DNA of 64,000 nt from an uncultured Gammaproteobacteria bacterium (GCA_963835795.1 CAWIHJ010000087.1:735-64734); one strand, 5' to 3'. Positions 1 through 10,400 are shown, numbered from the stretch's first letter. The notes: generated from the sequence alone by a model not told the origin. Numbers and translations are program-made.

Positions 1-3000
1 TAATACGCTTCAATTTACTTTCAGACATGTCGATAACTCATTGATTAAACTATTAAAAAGGATTCATACCTCTGTAATATGCTATAGGGCTAACTAATTT
101 ATCGAGTTATTAATAATGATTCAAATTCAAGATCTGTGATTTTGAGTAACATGACCGCGAAAAGTGCCACTGGATTCGAAACACGGTGTTTCATCGCTTT
201 TCAGATATTTAACCACCTGATTTCAGGACATTTTCAGGGCCCGCTTATACTTGTTGCATGGTTAGGATCAGATGAGAAAGCATGCTTTATACCTGCCTTG
301 ATCGACGATTGTCGTGCCCAGTTGCGGTACTGAAGGCGCGTTGGTTTGTCTAAACCGCTGGCCTGTGGGCTCTGGAGCACCCCATACGGTGACGCGCTCG
401 TGGGACGGCGTCTGCTATTGCTGATGCTGAGTATTGGTGCGACAGTCATGCTGAATGTCATCCGCCTGCTGCGATCGCCTGGTAAGCGGCGCGGGTACAG
501 TCTCGCCGCCGATTACACGCTTCCTGCCGATATCGAGAAAAATGGCGCCTTCTCGAGCTGCGCCGGTGGAGAAGCCGGTTTACACCTGTAACGCCATAAC
601 CATCGGCAATGACGATACCGTCACCGAGCAGTGATGTCACGCTGACCATCAACGGTAATCTCATCATCGGCAAGGATGTCGTGCTCGGCATCGGTGGGTT
701 TGTTTTTAATGGACGTCGACGGCAATGTCGATATCGACAAGGATACGGTCATTTCAGCCAATCTTACCGCAACCGGCGATCTCAGCGTCGCAAGGGATGT
801 AAGTTTCACCGGTGATATCCGACGTCGACGGTGACATCGATATTGACAAGGAACACCTAATTCTACGGTGACATTACCGCGGGTGGCGACATGACGCATC
901 GACAAGGATGGAGTGGTGAGGTGGATGTAATGGACTCGGGGTACGTCGATATTGGTAATGATACGATTGTCATCGGCGACTGCTGATCCGACGCATCCCC
1001 AGTGTATCGGTGGAGGCGGTGCCGCCGTCTGTACCACGACACAGAATCGCCAGTGATGGTGAAGAATTCCTCGGAGTATCTGGGGCAGTACTGACAGCAA
1101 TATCGCGGTCGGCAAGGATGGTGATCTATCAATATGATGGCAGTAACTGGAGCAAGGACAGTTTTGTTGCAGGTGAACAGTTAAACCATGTCGAAGTCGT
1201 CAATTCGAACCTCGCTTTCGCAGTCGGCAAGAAAGGCGAGGTGCTGGAGTACTCGACGGCGCAAACTCGGAACCAATTGCCGGCGCCGGTAAACGAGGTC
1301 TTTTCGGTGTCTGGGCAATTTCCGCCAAACTCTGGGTTGCCGGCAAGAAGGCCGCCTTGTATCGCTGGGATGGCTCCAGCTGGACCGATAATGTCCGCGG
1401 TGGGCGAGGCCAACGTGGACAACAACAAGGAATTGCTGAAGTCTGGGGCGATGCGAGTAGTTTTTATGCCGTCGAGAAGGATGTGATCTTTACCGTTATG
1501 CCCGGTGGTCCTGGAGCAACTCACCGCCTGCAGCAGCAGCTTCAACATCGAGGCCCTGGGGATGTCGGGGCGACGGCGGAAACGTTTACATCGGTGAGCT
1601 ACTTGAGGCCGAAGAACGGCCTCAGGTACGGAATGCGACGAATGACAAATTCGGTGCAGTAGCAGGCAGCCACCGATGTAAACGTTACCGGCCCCGTCGC
1701 CCCAGACATCCAGGGCCTCGATGTTGAAGCTGCTGCTGCAGGCAGTCGGCTTGCTCCAGGGACCACCGGGACGGGCATAACGGTAAAGATCGCCGTCCTT
1801 CTCGACGGCATAAAAACTACTCGCATCGCCCCAGACTTCCAGCAATTCCTTGTTGTTGTCCACGTTGGCCTGGCCCGCACCGGACATATCGGTCCAGCTG
1901 GAGCCATCCCAGCGATACAAGGCGGCCTTCTTGCCGGCAACCCAGACTTCGTTGGCGGAAATTGCCCAGACACCAAAAAGTTCCTCGTTTACCGGCGCCG
2001 GCAACTGGTTCCAGTTTGCGCCGTCGTACTCCAGCACCTCGCCTTTCTTGCCGACTGCGAAAGCGAGGTTCGAATTGACGACTTCGACATCGTTTAACTG
2101 TTCACCTGCAACAAAACTGTCCTTGCTCCAGTTACTGCCATCATATTGATAGATACCGCCGTCCTTGCCGACCGCGATGACATTGCTGTCGCTGCTGCCG
2201 GATACTCCGAGGAATTCTTCACCATCACTGGCGATCTGTGTCGTGGTACAGACGGCGGCACCGCCTCCACCGATACACTGGGGATGCGTCGGATCGCAGT
2301 CGCCGATGACAATCGTATCATTACCAATATCGAGCGTGCCCCCTGCCATTACATCACCATTCACCACTCCATCCTTGTCGATAGTAATGTCGCCACCCGC
2401 GGTAATGTCACCGTAGAATTGAGCATCCTTGTCAATATCGATGTCACCGTCGACGTCGATATCACCGGTGAAACTTACATCCTTTGCGACGCTGAGATCG
2501 CCGGTTGCGGTAAGATTGGCTGAAATGACCGTATCCTTGTCGATATCGACATTGCCGTCGACGTCCAGATTAAAAACAAACCCGCCGATGCCGAGCACGA
2601 CATCCTTGCCGATGATGAGATTACCGTTGATGGTCAGCGTGACATCACTGCTCAGGGTGACGGTATCGTCATTGCCGATGGTTATGGCGTTACAGGTGTA
2701 AACCGGGCCTCCACCGGCGCAGCTCGAGAAGGCGCCATTACCGATATCGGCAGGAAGCGTGTAATCGGCGGCGAGGCTGCTACCCGCGCTTACCAGGGCG
2801 ATAACCAGCAGGCAGTAACGAATCAAATTCAGCATGACTGTCGCCGATCTACCGGCGTCGGCGATAGCAGACGCCGTCCAGCGAGCGCGTCACCGTATGG
2901 GGCTGCCAGAGCCCACAGGCCAGCGGGTTTAGACAAACCAACGCGCTTTCAGTACCGCAACTGGGCACAGACAATCGTCGATCAAGGCAGGTATAAAGCA

Positions 3001-3290
3001 TGCTTTCTCATCTGATCCTAACCATGCAACAAGTATAAGCGGGCCCTGGAAAATGTCCTGAAAATCAGGTGGTTAAATATCTGAAAAGCGATGAAACACC
3101 GTGTTTTTTCGATAGATGGGCGCTTTTTCGCGGTCATGTTTACTCAAAATCACAGATCTTGAATTTGAATCATTATTAATAACTCGATAAATTAGTCTCC
3201 CTATAGCATATTTGTACAGAGGTATGAATCCTTTTTAATAGTTTAATCAATGAGTTATCGACATGTCTGAAAGTAAAGTAAAACATATTA
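1..3290. repeat. Large imperfect inverted repeat (fold-back): 1-~1596 mirrors ~1671-3290 around a ~75-nt loop; probable sequencing/assembly artefact
   Basis: Bases 1-110 match the reverse complement of ~3181-3290, and AACGTTTACATCGGTG (1581-1596) mirrors CACCGATGTAAACGTT (1671-1686). The left arm has many indels that fragment the ORF that is intact in the right arm. Confidence 0.93.
1671..2835 (-). CDS. Secreted protein with ~18-aa beta-helix (bactofilin-like) repeats followed by beta-propeller repeats; 3'-truncated at the fold-back (possibly the N-terminus of an MshQ/DUF6701-like adhesin)
   Basis: Signal peptide MLNLIRYCLLVIALVSAGSSLA; repeats TGDLSVAKDVSFTGDIDV / DGDIDIDKDAQFYGDITA / GGDITIDKDGVVNGDVMA; blades such as LFGVWAISANEVWVAGKKAALYRWDGSSW. 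Residues after ...GNVYIGG in the 568-aa ORF derive from the loop and mirrored arm. Confidence 0.7.
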
Positions 3291-3691
3291 CCGCTTCCGA
3301 GGCCTACGCCTTGATCCAGAAAGAACCGAGCACCGCGTTTATCGATGTACGCTCCGACATGGAGTACCTGTTCATCGGCCATCCGGCAGGGGCGGTCAGC
3401 ATCCCCTGGATTGATGAGCCCGATTTCGTCATCAACCCGAATTTCGAACGCGAGGTGCGCAAATTGATTCTCGGTGGAGTTATCACATCTTCCGAACACG
3501 ATAGCGTTCCCGTGGTACTGATCTGTCGCAGTGGGAATCGTTCGGAAGAAGCGGGCAAACTGCTTATCGAGCATGGCTTTCGACACGTGTATAACGTCGA
3601 ACACGGATTCGAAGGTGAGCTGGACGAGAAACATCACCGCAGCACCTTAAGTGGCTGGCGCCACGATGGTCTGCCCTGGGAGCAATGCTGA
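3263..3691 (+). CDS. Rhodanese-like sulfurtransferase domain protein
   Basis: FIDVRS..EY..GHP.GAV.IPW, active-site loop LICRSGNRS, C-terminal GW...GLPW. Confidence 0.9.
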   Translation: MSESKVKHITASEAYALIQKEPSTAFIDVRSDMEYLFIGHPAGAVSIPWIDEPDFVINPNFEREVRKLILGGVITSSEHDSVPVVLICRSGNRSEEAGKLLIEHGFRHVYNVEHGFEGELDEKHHRSTLSGWRHDGLPWEQC

Positions 3692-3749
3692 CACGGATCG
3701 CCAGCGGGCACTTTATCTCCCGCTCCCAACTCCGCTATCCCTGCATCCT

Positions 3750-4205
3750 CGCTGTCATACCTGCACCCCAATACTCGTCATTCCCGCGCCCCTTTTTCGT
3801 CATCCCCGCGCCCCTTTTTCGTCATCCCCGCGAAAGCGGGGATCTTTCAACTACGCCGTTGTCATAAGATTCCTGCCTGCGCAGGAATGACGGAAAACCG
3901 TGCCGTCATCGCACTATTTATTCGTCATTCCCGCGCCCCATTACTCGTCATCCCCGCGCCCCAATACTCGTCATTCCCGCGCCCCAATACTCGTCATCCC
4001 CGCGCCCCTTTTTCGTCATCCCCGCGAAAGCGGGGATCTTTCAACAACGCCGTTGTCATAAGATTCCTGCCTGCGCAGGAATGACGGAAAACCGTGCCGT
4101 CATCGCGCCTACTTTTCGTCATTCCCGCGCAGGCGGGAATCTTATGACGGTGGCGTCGTTGCAATGTTCCGATACGTCGGACCGCTGCCTACGCAGGAAC
4201 GACAG
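3750..4205. repeat. Cluster of REP/dRS3-like palindromic repeats (CGTCATYCCCGCG...GCGGGRATC / GATTCCTGCCTGCGCAGGAATGACG) with ~23-bp tandem half-units and a duplicated module
   Basis: About nine CGTCAT(T/C)CCCGCG copies. Block ~3820-3912 is repeated nearly exactly at ~4014-4106. Lies between convergent genes. Confidence 0.9.
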
Positions 4206-4218
4206 TGTGGGAGACCGC

Positions 4219-5610
4219 TCAGAAAGTCATGCGGTTGTAGGCATCGAGTGCGGCCACCTTGTAGGCTTCGGCGAGCGTGGGATAGTTGAAGACGGTTTGC
4301 ACGAAGTAATCCAGCGTGCCACCCAGCGAAATGACCGCCTGGCCGATGTGTACCAGCTCGGTAGCCCCTTCACCAATAATGTGTACGCCAAGCAGTTTCT
4401 GCGTTTCAATCGAGAACAGCATTTTCAGCATGCCCTCGCGCAGCCCGATGATCTGGCCACGCGCGGTTTCGCGAAAACGCGCAATGCCCACTTCATAAGC
4501 AATGCCGCGCGCATTGCATTCCTGTTCGGTGAGCCCGACCATGCTGATCTCGGGAACCGCATAAATACCGTAGGGAAACAATTCCGGCTGGCTTGCGACA
4601 TCGGCGCCGAAGGCATGACAGGTCGCGTGTCTGCCCTGCTCCATTGACGTCGATGCCAGGCTCGGGAAACCGATGACATCACCCGCGGCGTAGATATGCG
4701 GTTGCACGGTTTGATAGTCATCGTTGACCGGGATACGCCCGCGATTGTCGACCTCGATACCCACCTTATCCAGCGACAGATCATCGGTGACCCCCTGGCG
4801 CCCTGCGGCAAACAACACGGTATCCACCGCGAGGCTTTTGCCACTCTTGAATTTGCACACGACCTTGCCATTGTCAAACTTGTTGATGGTGCTGATCTGG
4901 TCGTCGAGGCGCACCTGGATATTGCAGTCACGCAGATGGTGGATCAGTTCGTCGATGATTTCGCGGTCGACGAAGCCAAGCAGGAAGTCATTGGTTTCAA
5001 GCACCGTGACCTCGATGTCCAGCGCCTTGAATATGGTCGCGTACTCGAGGCCTATAACGCCTCCGCCAACCACCAGCATTTTCTTTGGTATGCGTTTCAG
5101 ATGGAGAATTTCGTCACTGTCCATGATCGATTCGCCGTCAAACGGAACCGAATCGGGACGCCGCGTCTTGGTGCCAACGCAAATGACGAAGTAGTCCGCG
5201 GTGAAATCGTGTAGCCCTCCTTCGTTGTCTTCGACACAGATCGACTTTTCACCGGTAAAGCGGGCATGGCCGTGTTGAGTATCGACGCCGTTGCGCATCA
5301 ACTGATGCTGGATAATCTCGATCTCGTGGCCGAGCGTAGTCGTCAGGCGTTGTTTCAGATCATCGGCGGTAATATTGTCCTTGACCTTGTAGCTGCGCCC
5401 GTAAATGCCGCGTTGACGCCAACCCGACAGGAACAACACGGTCTCACGCAGGGTCTTGCTGGGAATCGTGCCGGTGTGCACCGTCACCCCGCCAACCACT
5501 TCATTTTTCTCGATCAACAAAACACGTTTGCCGACTTTCGCGGCCTGAATGGCAGCACGCTTACCCGCGGGTCCGCTGCCGATTACTATCATGTCGTAAT
5601 GTAAATTCAA
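4219..5610 (-). CDS. sthA: Soluble pyridine nucleotide transhydrogenase
   Basis: GSGPAG FAD motif, GG.VHTGTIPSKTLRE (no redox CxxxxC), GDVIGFPSLASTSMEQGR, FNYPTLAEAYKVAALD. Confidence 0.93.
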   Translation of the reverse strand: MNLHYDMIVIGSGPAGKRAAIQAAKVGKRVLLIEKNEVVGGVTVHTGTIPSKTLRETVLFLSGWRQRGIYGRSYKVKDNITADDLKQRLTTTLGHEIEIIQHQLMRNGVDTQHGHARFTGEKSICVEDNEGGLHDFTADYFVICVGTKTRRPDSVPFDGESIMDSDEILHLKRIPKKMLVVGGGVIGLEYATIFKALDIEVTVLETNDFLLGFVDREIIDELIHHLRDCNIQVRLDDQISTINKFDNGKVVCKFKSGKSLAVDTVLFAAGRQGVTDDLSLDKVGIEVDNRGRIPVNDDYQTVQPHIYAAGDVIGFPSLASTSMEQGRHATCHAFGADVASQPELFPYGIYAVPEISMVGLTEQECNARGIAYEVGIARFRETARGQIIGLREGMLKMLFSIETQKLLGVHIIGEGATELVHIGQAVISLGGTLDYFVQTVFNYPTLAEAYKVAALDAYNRMTF

Positions 5611-5705
5611 AACTGATCTCCTCGGCTAGCTACCTGTCCAAACCGGTATGACGTCGGGGTGGCGCGCTGAAGCATCGCCAGGTTTTTTGCAGAATTGTAG
5701 CGCCT

Positions 5706-5739
5706 GGTAGTGACTACACCAAGGTATTGACTACACCAA
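5706..5739. promoter_or_regulatory. 17-bp tandem direct repeat upstream of sthA, possible regulator site
   Basis: GGTAGTGACTACACCAA followed by GGTATTGACTACACCAA (1 mismatch); an inverted GGTGTAG half-site lies near 5768. Confidence 0.35.
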
Positions 5740-5815
5740 TCCGAAACAATTCGAATTCAGCCCATCGGTGTAGCTGAAATCTAACCGGACTCAACCGACA
5801 GCGAGCGAACTATAT

Positions 5816-7444
5816 CTAATTCTGTTCTTCGAGTCGTCGAATTTCCTCTCTCAGTCCACCCACACTGCGTGGCACCGGAGAAGCCTTGCGCAACACTGCC
5901 GGCAGGGCAGATTTGGCATTACTGGCTTCCACCCTGCTCGGGTACTCACCATAAACAACGCTGTACACCTTGCGGTTTCCGGTATAGGTGGCAAATATTC
6001 TCATCCTCGAGACATCGACCCCCTGGCGCGCAAGTGACTCGACGTAATGGTAATAATTCCGGAGATCAAAATTTTCCTGCCTGAGCACCATGAGTTGCAA
6101 GGTGCCGATACTACGATCGCGCCCGGCAATCCATTCGAGCGAAGTTTGCAGGTCCTGTCGAAGGCGCTCGGCATCGCTGGTCGATTGCGCAAGCGCGTTG
6201 TGATTTTCCGCTGGCGTTACTGGCTCGGACTCAGCTGGCGCCGAGCTTGATACGGCCTCGTTTTCAATGACGTTCTTTGCTGCTTCCACCGGTGCTTCAT
6301 CGCTCACCTCCACCGTGCCTGCCGGCACATCACCGGCTAGCGGCTCGCTATCCGCAGGCTCACCGTCAACAGTAGCTACAATGGCCTCCTCCGCTTCACC
6401 GTTGATACCCGCATCGGCTTCAGCTGCCATCGTCAGCGTAGCACCTGCTGCTGGCAATGCGTCGGGGGCGTTTTCATCGCCCGCGCCACTGGGTTTCAAA
6501 GTGGTCGCTTGCGGTGTCGTATCTCCCGCTGCGTCTAGCGCAGATTCAACAACGTCATCGTCGCTTACGGCATTCACTGCGACGACAGGCGGATCACTCT
6601 GCAACGACTCCACTACAGGTTCCCCCTGCGACGTTGCCTCGATCTCGGCGGATGGCTGTGCGTTAACGCCAGCTTCGTTCAGCGTAACCGCTTGCCCGGC
6701 ATTGCGGGTCTGGCTACCCAGGAAATACCAGCTCACCCCGGCTATCACGGCAACAACCACCAGAAGAGCGACGATTACCCGGCTGCCCTGCCGAATCGAC
6801 TCGCTGTCATTCATCGGTCCACTGCTGATCTGATCGCCAGCGCGTTCGGCGATCTCAATAATTTTACCGACATTCCCCTTCGTCATAGCCAGTTGATTGC
6901 GCAACAACGAAGGAATCACAAGCTTGCCGATGGGGCGATCGGGAAACAGGTAAAACCCCAGGAACGCCTCGGTTTCATCCCCGCTAAACGGCATTTGCTG
7001 GAAGCTTTGCACCCGCACCTGGTACTGCTGCGCTAGTTGCCTTAGTTCGTTAAAAAATTCGCTACTGGCGGCAATGATCAAGTTGAGCTGTTTGTCGACG
7101 CCATCGGTCGACCAGTTTAAAAACAATTGATGACGGGATTTCTTGAGCGCCTTTTCAAAGTGATCGGCAACGATAATATCGCCAGGCTCCGCCTTGATGA
7201 ACGTCTTTTCGATCAGCTCGCTGGAGTCCACCAGCGCCCCGTCACCTTCGGCTCCCGCTTGCAAATCAATCCAGCGAATTTTACTGTCCGCCAGTCGATT
7301 GCGCGCCAGCTCCTCGAGCAGTCGCGTCTTGCCCACACCCTGGTCACCATAGATCAGGTAGAGGCCCGCATTCGCTTTCAGCTCACGGACGAAATCCTCC
7401 AACAGGTTGGCGGTCTGGCGGGTCAGGAAAAAAGATTTACTCAC
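5816..7444 (-). CDS. AAA/P-loop ATPase - TM helix - acidic linker - SPOR-like domain protein (ExeA/DamX-like)
   Basis: Walker A GDQGVGKT, hydrophobic helix IVALLVVVAVIAGVSWYFL, Ala/Glu-rich linker, C-terminal YSVVYGEYPSRVEASNAKSALP. Confidence 0.75.
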   Translation of the reverse strand: MSKSFFLTRQTANLLEDFVRELKANAGLYLIYGDQGVGKTRLLEELARNRLADSKIRWIDLQAGAEGDGALVDSSELIEKTFIKAEPGDIIVADHFEKALKKSRHQLFLNWSTDGVDKQLNLIIAASSEFFNELRQLAQQYQVRVQSFQQMPFSGDETEAFLGFYLFPDRPIGKLVIPSLLRNQLAMTKGNVGKIIEIAERAGDQISSGPMNDSESIRQGSRVIVALLVVVAVIAGVSWYFLGSQTRNAGQAVTLNEAGVNAQPSAEIEATSQGEPVVESLQSDPPVVAVNAVSDDDVVESALDAAGDTTPQATTLKPSGAGDENAPDALPAAGATLTMAAEADAGINGEAEEAIVATVDGEPADSEPLAGDVPAGTVEVSDEAPVEAAKNVIENEAVSSSAPAESEPVTPAENHNALAQSTSDAERLRQDLQTSLEWIAGRDRSIGTLQLMVLRQENFDLRNYYHYVESLARQGVDVSRMRIFATYTGNRKVYSVVYGEYPSRVEASNAKSALPAVLRKASPVPRSVGGLREEIRRLEEQN

Positions 7445-7541
7445 GGGTTCTTTATAGTATTTATTGAGGTAAATTTACCACCGTCGTTTATACTTCCTGT
7501 AATAACAGCCATTAACATCATCTATTCCATACGGAGCGGTT

Positions 7542-8354
7542 TTGCCCCAACCAAAATACGACTACAGCGATCTGATCGCGGTGCAGGATATTATCCGGGT
7601 AGCGACCGAAAACTGTTTGTCAGTCTACTACACCCGCTCGACTGCCGACTACAAGAGTGATGGATCAATCGTCACCGATGCCGATTTAATGATGCAGCGC
7701 GAGTTGACCTTTGAACTCGCCGAGCGCTATCCCGACGTGGGCATGCTGGGCGAAGAAATCTGCGCAACACAACAACGCGAAGTCTTGTCGGGTAGCCGTG
7801 ATTTCTGGTGTCTTGATCCGATCGACGGCACCACAAACTTTCACGCCACCATGCCATTGTTCTCGGTTTCACTGGGCTTGATCAGGGACGGTGAAGTCGT
7901 GCTGGGTGTCGTTTACGACCCCAATCGCGGGGAATTTTTCGGTGCGATCCGCGATCAGGGCCTGTGGATCAATGGCGAAGCGCTGGTGCGCCCCCAGCAG
8001 CCAGAACGCCTCGGTGATTGCATTGCCTTTGTCGATTTCAAACGCCTGAACGACAGCATTAGCGCCAGACTGGCGCAGCAGCAGCCCTACAAGTCACAAC
8101 GAAATATCGGCACCTGCGCGCTGGAATGGGCATGGCTCGCCGCCGGGCGGGCTCACCTTCTGGTGCATGGCAGTGAACGTATCTGGGACTATTCCGCTGG
8201 CGAATTGCTGAACCGTGAGGGCGGTGGTTGCAGCGAAACCTTTGCAGGTGAGCCGGTCTATCAACAATCACTGGAACCGCGATCGGTGATCGCGACGAGT
8301 AACGGCAGCTTGTTTACGGCATGGAAGTCAATCATTCGCGAAACCGACCAGTAG
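7542..8354 (+). CDS. Inositol monophosphatase family protein
   Basis: VTDAD, LGEE, WCLDPIDGTTNF and WDYSAG motifs. Confidence 0.9.
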   Translation: MPQPKYDYSDLIAVQDIIRVATENCLSVYYTRSTADYKSDGSIVTDADLMMQRELTFELAERYPDVGMLGEEICATQQREVLSGSRDFWCLDPIDGTTNFHATMPLFSVSLGLIRDGEVVLGVVYDPNRGEFFGAIRDQGLWINGEALVRPQQPERLGDCIAFVDFKRLNDSISARLAQQQPYKSQRNIGTCALEWAWLAAGRAHLLVHGSERIWDYSAGELLNREGGGCSETFAGEPVYQQSLEPRSVIATSNGSLFTAWKSIIRETDQ

Positions 8355-9295
8355 TCGAACGACTCACAGTCTGCAGCTTACTGCTGATTGCGTGCACTGC
8401 GGCGCAGGCCGAAACCTTTAGCGTACTCAGTCAGAACATGAACCGCCTGTTCGACGACATCGACGACGGCAATCAGGAACAGGTTCTGTCGAGCAAACAT
8501 TTCCGTGATCGCATCGATCGCGCCGTTGACAAGATCGCCGACGACTTCGCCCTGCCCCAGGTCATCGCCTTGCAGGAAGTCGAAAATCTGAATGTACTGC
8601 AGCAAATTGCCGACGGGATTCATCGACGCCACGCCATCGACTACCGGGCGATTCTGCATCCCGGTCAGGATATCTCCGCGATCAACCTGGGATTCCTCGT
8701 GCAATCCAGCGTGACCATTCGTAAGTCGCAGCAATTGTTTCGTGAACAGCGACTCAAATCCACTGCGAGCCCCCTGTTCTCACGCCCCCCGCTGCTGCTC
8801 GATGCCTGCTACCGCAATCGCTGCCTGTCGCTGATAAACCTGCACCTGCGCTCGATGCGCGGCATAGACAGTGCCGACGAGGGCAAGCGTGTCGCGCGTA
8901 AACGCCTGCAGCAGGCGCAGACCCTGGCGCGCTGGATCAATCAGCAGCAACGCAACAAACCCGACGCATGGCTGATGCTGCTGGGTGACTTTAATGCGCT
9001 GACCCCCGCCGATCGCCACGTCGACGTGGCCGGCATCATTCGCGGTAGCCCGGACAACTCGCGAACTCGCCTGGTATCTGCTGATCTGGTCGATCCCGAC
9101 CTGGTCGACCTGACTCGACAGATACCCCGGCATCGACGTTATTCGTATATCTTTCGGCAAAGGAAACAACAACTCGACTACATCTACGTCAACCAGCCGC
9201 TTGCGGCAGTGCGCAGCAGCGTCGAATTCGGCCGCATTGACTATGCGTTCTCCGATCACGCCGGACTGCTGGCCAGGTTTCACTGGTCGAATTAG
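8321..9295 (+). CDS. Exported endonuclease/exonuclease/phosphatase family protein (start uncertain)
   Basis: SQNMNRLFD, IALQEVE, LLGDFN, LDYIYV and SDH motifs; signal-like LLLIACTAAQA. Confidence 0.85.
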   Translation: MEVNHSRNRPVVERLTVCSLLLIACTAAQAETFSVLSQNMNRLFDDIDDGNQEQVLSSKHFRDRIDRAVDKIADDFALPQVIALQEVENLNVLQQIADGIHRRHAIDYRAILHPGQDISAINLGFLVQSSVTIRKSQQLFREQRLKSTASPLFSRPPLLLDACYRNRCLSLINLHLRSMRGIDSADEGKRVARKRLQQAQTLARWINQQQRNKPDAWLMLLGDFNALTPADRHVDVAGIIRGSPDNSRTRLVSADLVDPDLVDLTRQIPRHRRYSYIFRQRKQQLDYIYVNQPLAAVRSSVEFGRIDYAFSDHAGLLARFHWSN

Positions 9296-9308
9296 GCCGG
9301 CAGGGAAT

Positions 9309-10400
9309 CTACTGCTGACTGTGCGCCTGCGCCAGGTATTCGGCTGATTGCATTTCCAGCAGGCGGCTGGCGGTGCGTTCGAACTCGAAGCTGAGCCGCT
9401 TTCCCAGGTAGAGTTGATCGGGGCTCGTGGCGGCGCTGCAGATCAGTTTGACGTGATGGTCGTAGAGCACATCGATCAGTAACACGAAGCGACGCGCGAC
9501 ATCGTCGTCGGCCTGGCTCATCTGGCGAATGTCGGTGACGATCACGGTATTGAAAAAGCGCGCCAGTTCGAGGTAATCGTTCTGGCTGCGCGTGGTATCG
9601 CAAAGCTCGGAAAAACTGAACCAGACCGTATCGCCTGCACAGAACTGGCAGGCAAGACTGCGGCCGTTGACGATGAGGTCGCGTTGCTGGTCCTGCATCG
9701 GGGTGACGTGCTGCTCGAGATAATCACGAATGCGCAGCTCGGTCGCCGCATCGTGTGGAATGGCATACAGATCGGTCTGCTGCAGAAAGCGCAGTCGATA
9801 ATCCTGCCCGCCATCGATGTTGACCACCTGGCAATGTTGTTGAAGCAGATCGATGGCCGGCAAAAAACGCGCGCGTTGCAAGCCATCACGGTACAGATCG
9901 GCAGGCGCTGCGTTGGACGTGGTTACCAGCACCACGCCCTCGGCAAACAGGGTTTCCAGTAATCCAGCCATGATCATCGCGTCGCCGATATCGATAATGA
10001 CAAACTCATCCAGGCAAAGCACCCGAGTGGTCGCAGCGATGTCCCTGGCGATGGCTTGCAATGGCTGTTCGAGATTCTTTTTCTGGCGCAGCGCGGAATG
10101 CACCTGGTTCATGAAGCTGTGGAAATGAATTCGCTGGCAACGCGTTTGCGCCATTGCCGACTGGTAAAACAAGTCCATCAACAAGGTCTTGCCGCGTCCA
10201 ACGCCACCCCAGAAATAGAGACCCGCAATTTTCGCTGGCGGTGCCCGACGCCCAAACCAGGCACGCCAACCCCGTCTGGATTGCGAGCGGATCAGTTGCG
10301 CATACAACTGATCCAGCAGGCCAACGGCCTGCTGCTGGGCCGGGTCGCAGGTAAATCCGGGTTGTGCGACCAGTTCCAGGTATTTTTGTGACGGCTTCAC
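9309..10400 (-). CDS. zapE: Cell division AFG1-family ATPase ZapE
   Basis: GLYFWGGVGRGKTLLMDLF, HFHSFM, LCLDEF, TSNAAPADLY, ARRFVLLIDVLYD, FERTASRLLEMQS. Confidence 0.93.
   Translation of the reverse strand: MKPSQKYLELVAQPGFTCDPAQQQAVGLLDQLYAQLIRSQSRRGWRAWFGRRAPPAKIAGLYFWGGVGRGKTLLMDLFYQSAMAQTRCQRIHFHSFMNQVHSALRQKKNLEQPLQAIARDIAATTRVLCLDEFVIIDIGDAMIMAGLLETLFAEGVVLVTTSNAAPADLYRDGLQRARFLPAIDLLQQHCQVVNIDGGQDYRLRFLQQTDLYAIPHDAATELRIRDYLEQHVTPMQDQQRDLIVNGRSLACQFCAGDTVWFSFSELCDTTRSQNDYLELARFFNTVIVTDIRQMSQADDDVARRFVLLIDVLYDHHVKLICSAATSPDQLYLGKRLSFEFERTASRLLEMQSAEYLAQAHSQQ

Noticed and set aside
136-1662. ORFs in the left arm that look like a second, plus-strand paralog of the secreted protein; also the last ~180 aa of the 568-aa ORF
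   Set aside because: They are translations of the noisy mirrored copy and loop, not an independent gene or a diversity-generating cassette; no reverse transcriptase or invertase is nearby.
2836-3262. Riboswitch (e.g. c-di-GMP) in the long leader of the secreted protein
   Set aside because: No recognisable consensus elements by eye; an Rfam/Infernal scan would be needed.
3750-4205. CRISPR array
   Set aside because: No unique 25-45-nt spacers; units abut or are separated by duplicated linkers, occur in both orientations, and no cas genes are present.
3651-4647. Small ORFs reading through the repeat cluster (VIPA / RHSR / SSFPR peptides)
   Set aside because: These are typical translations of the palindromic repeat and of the sthA antisense strand.
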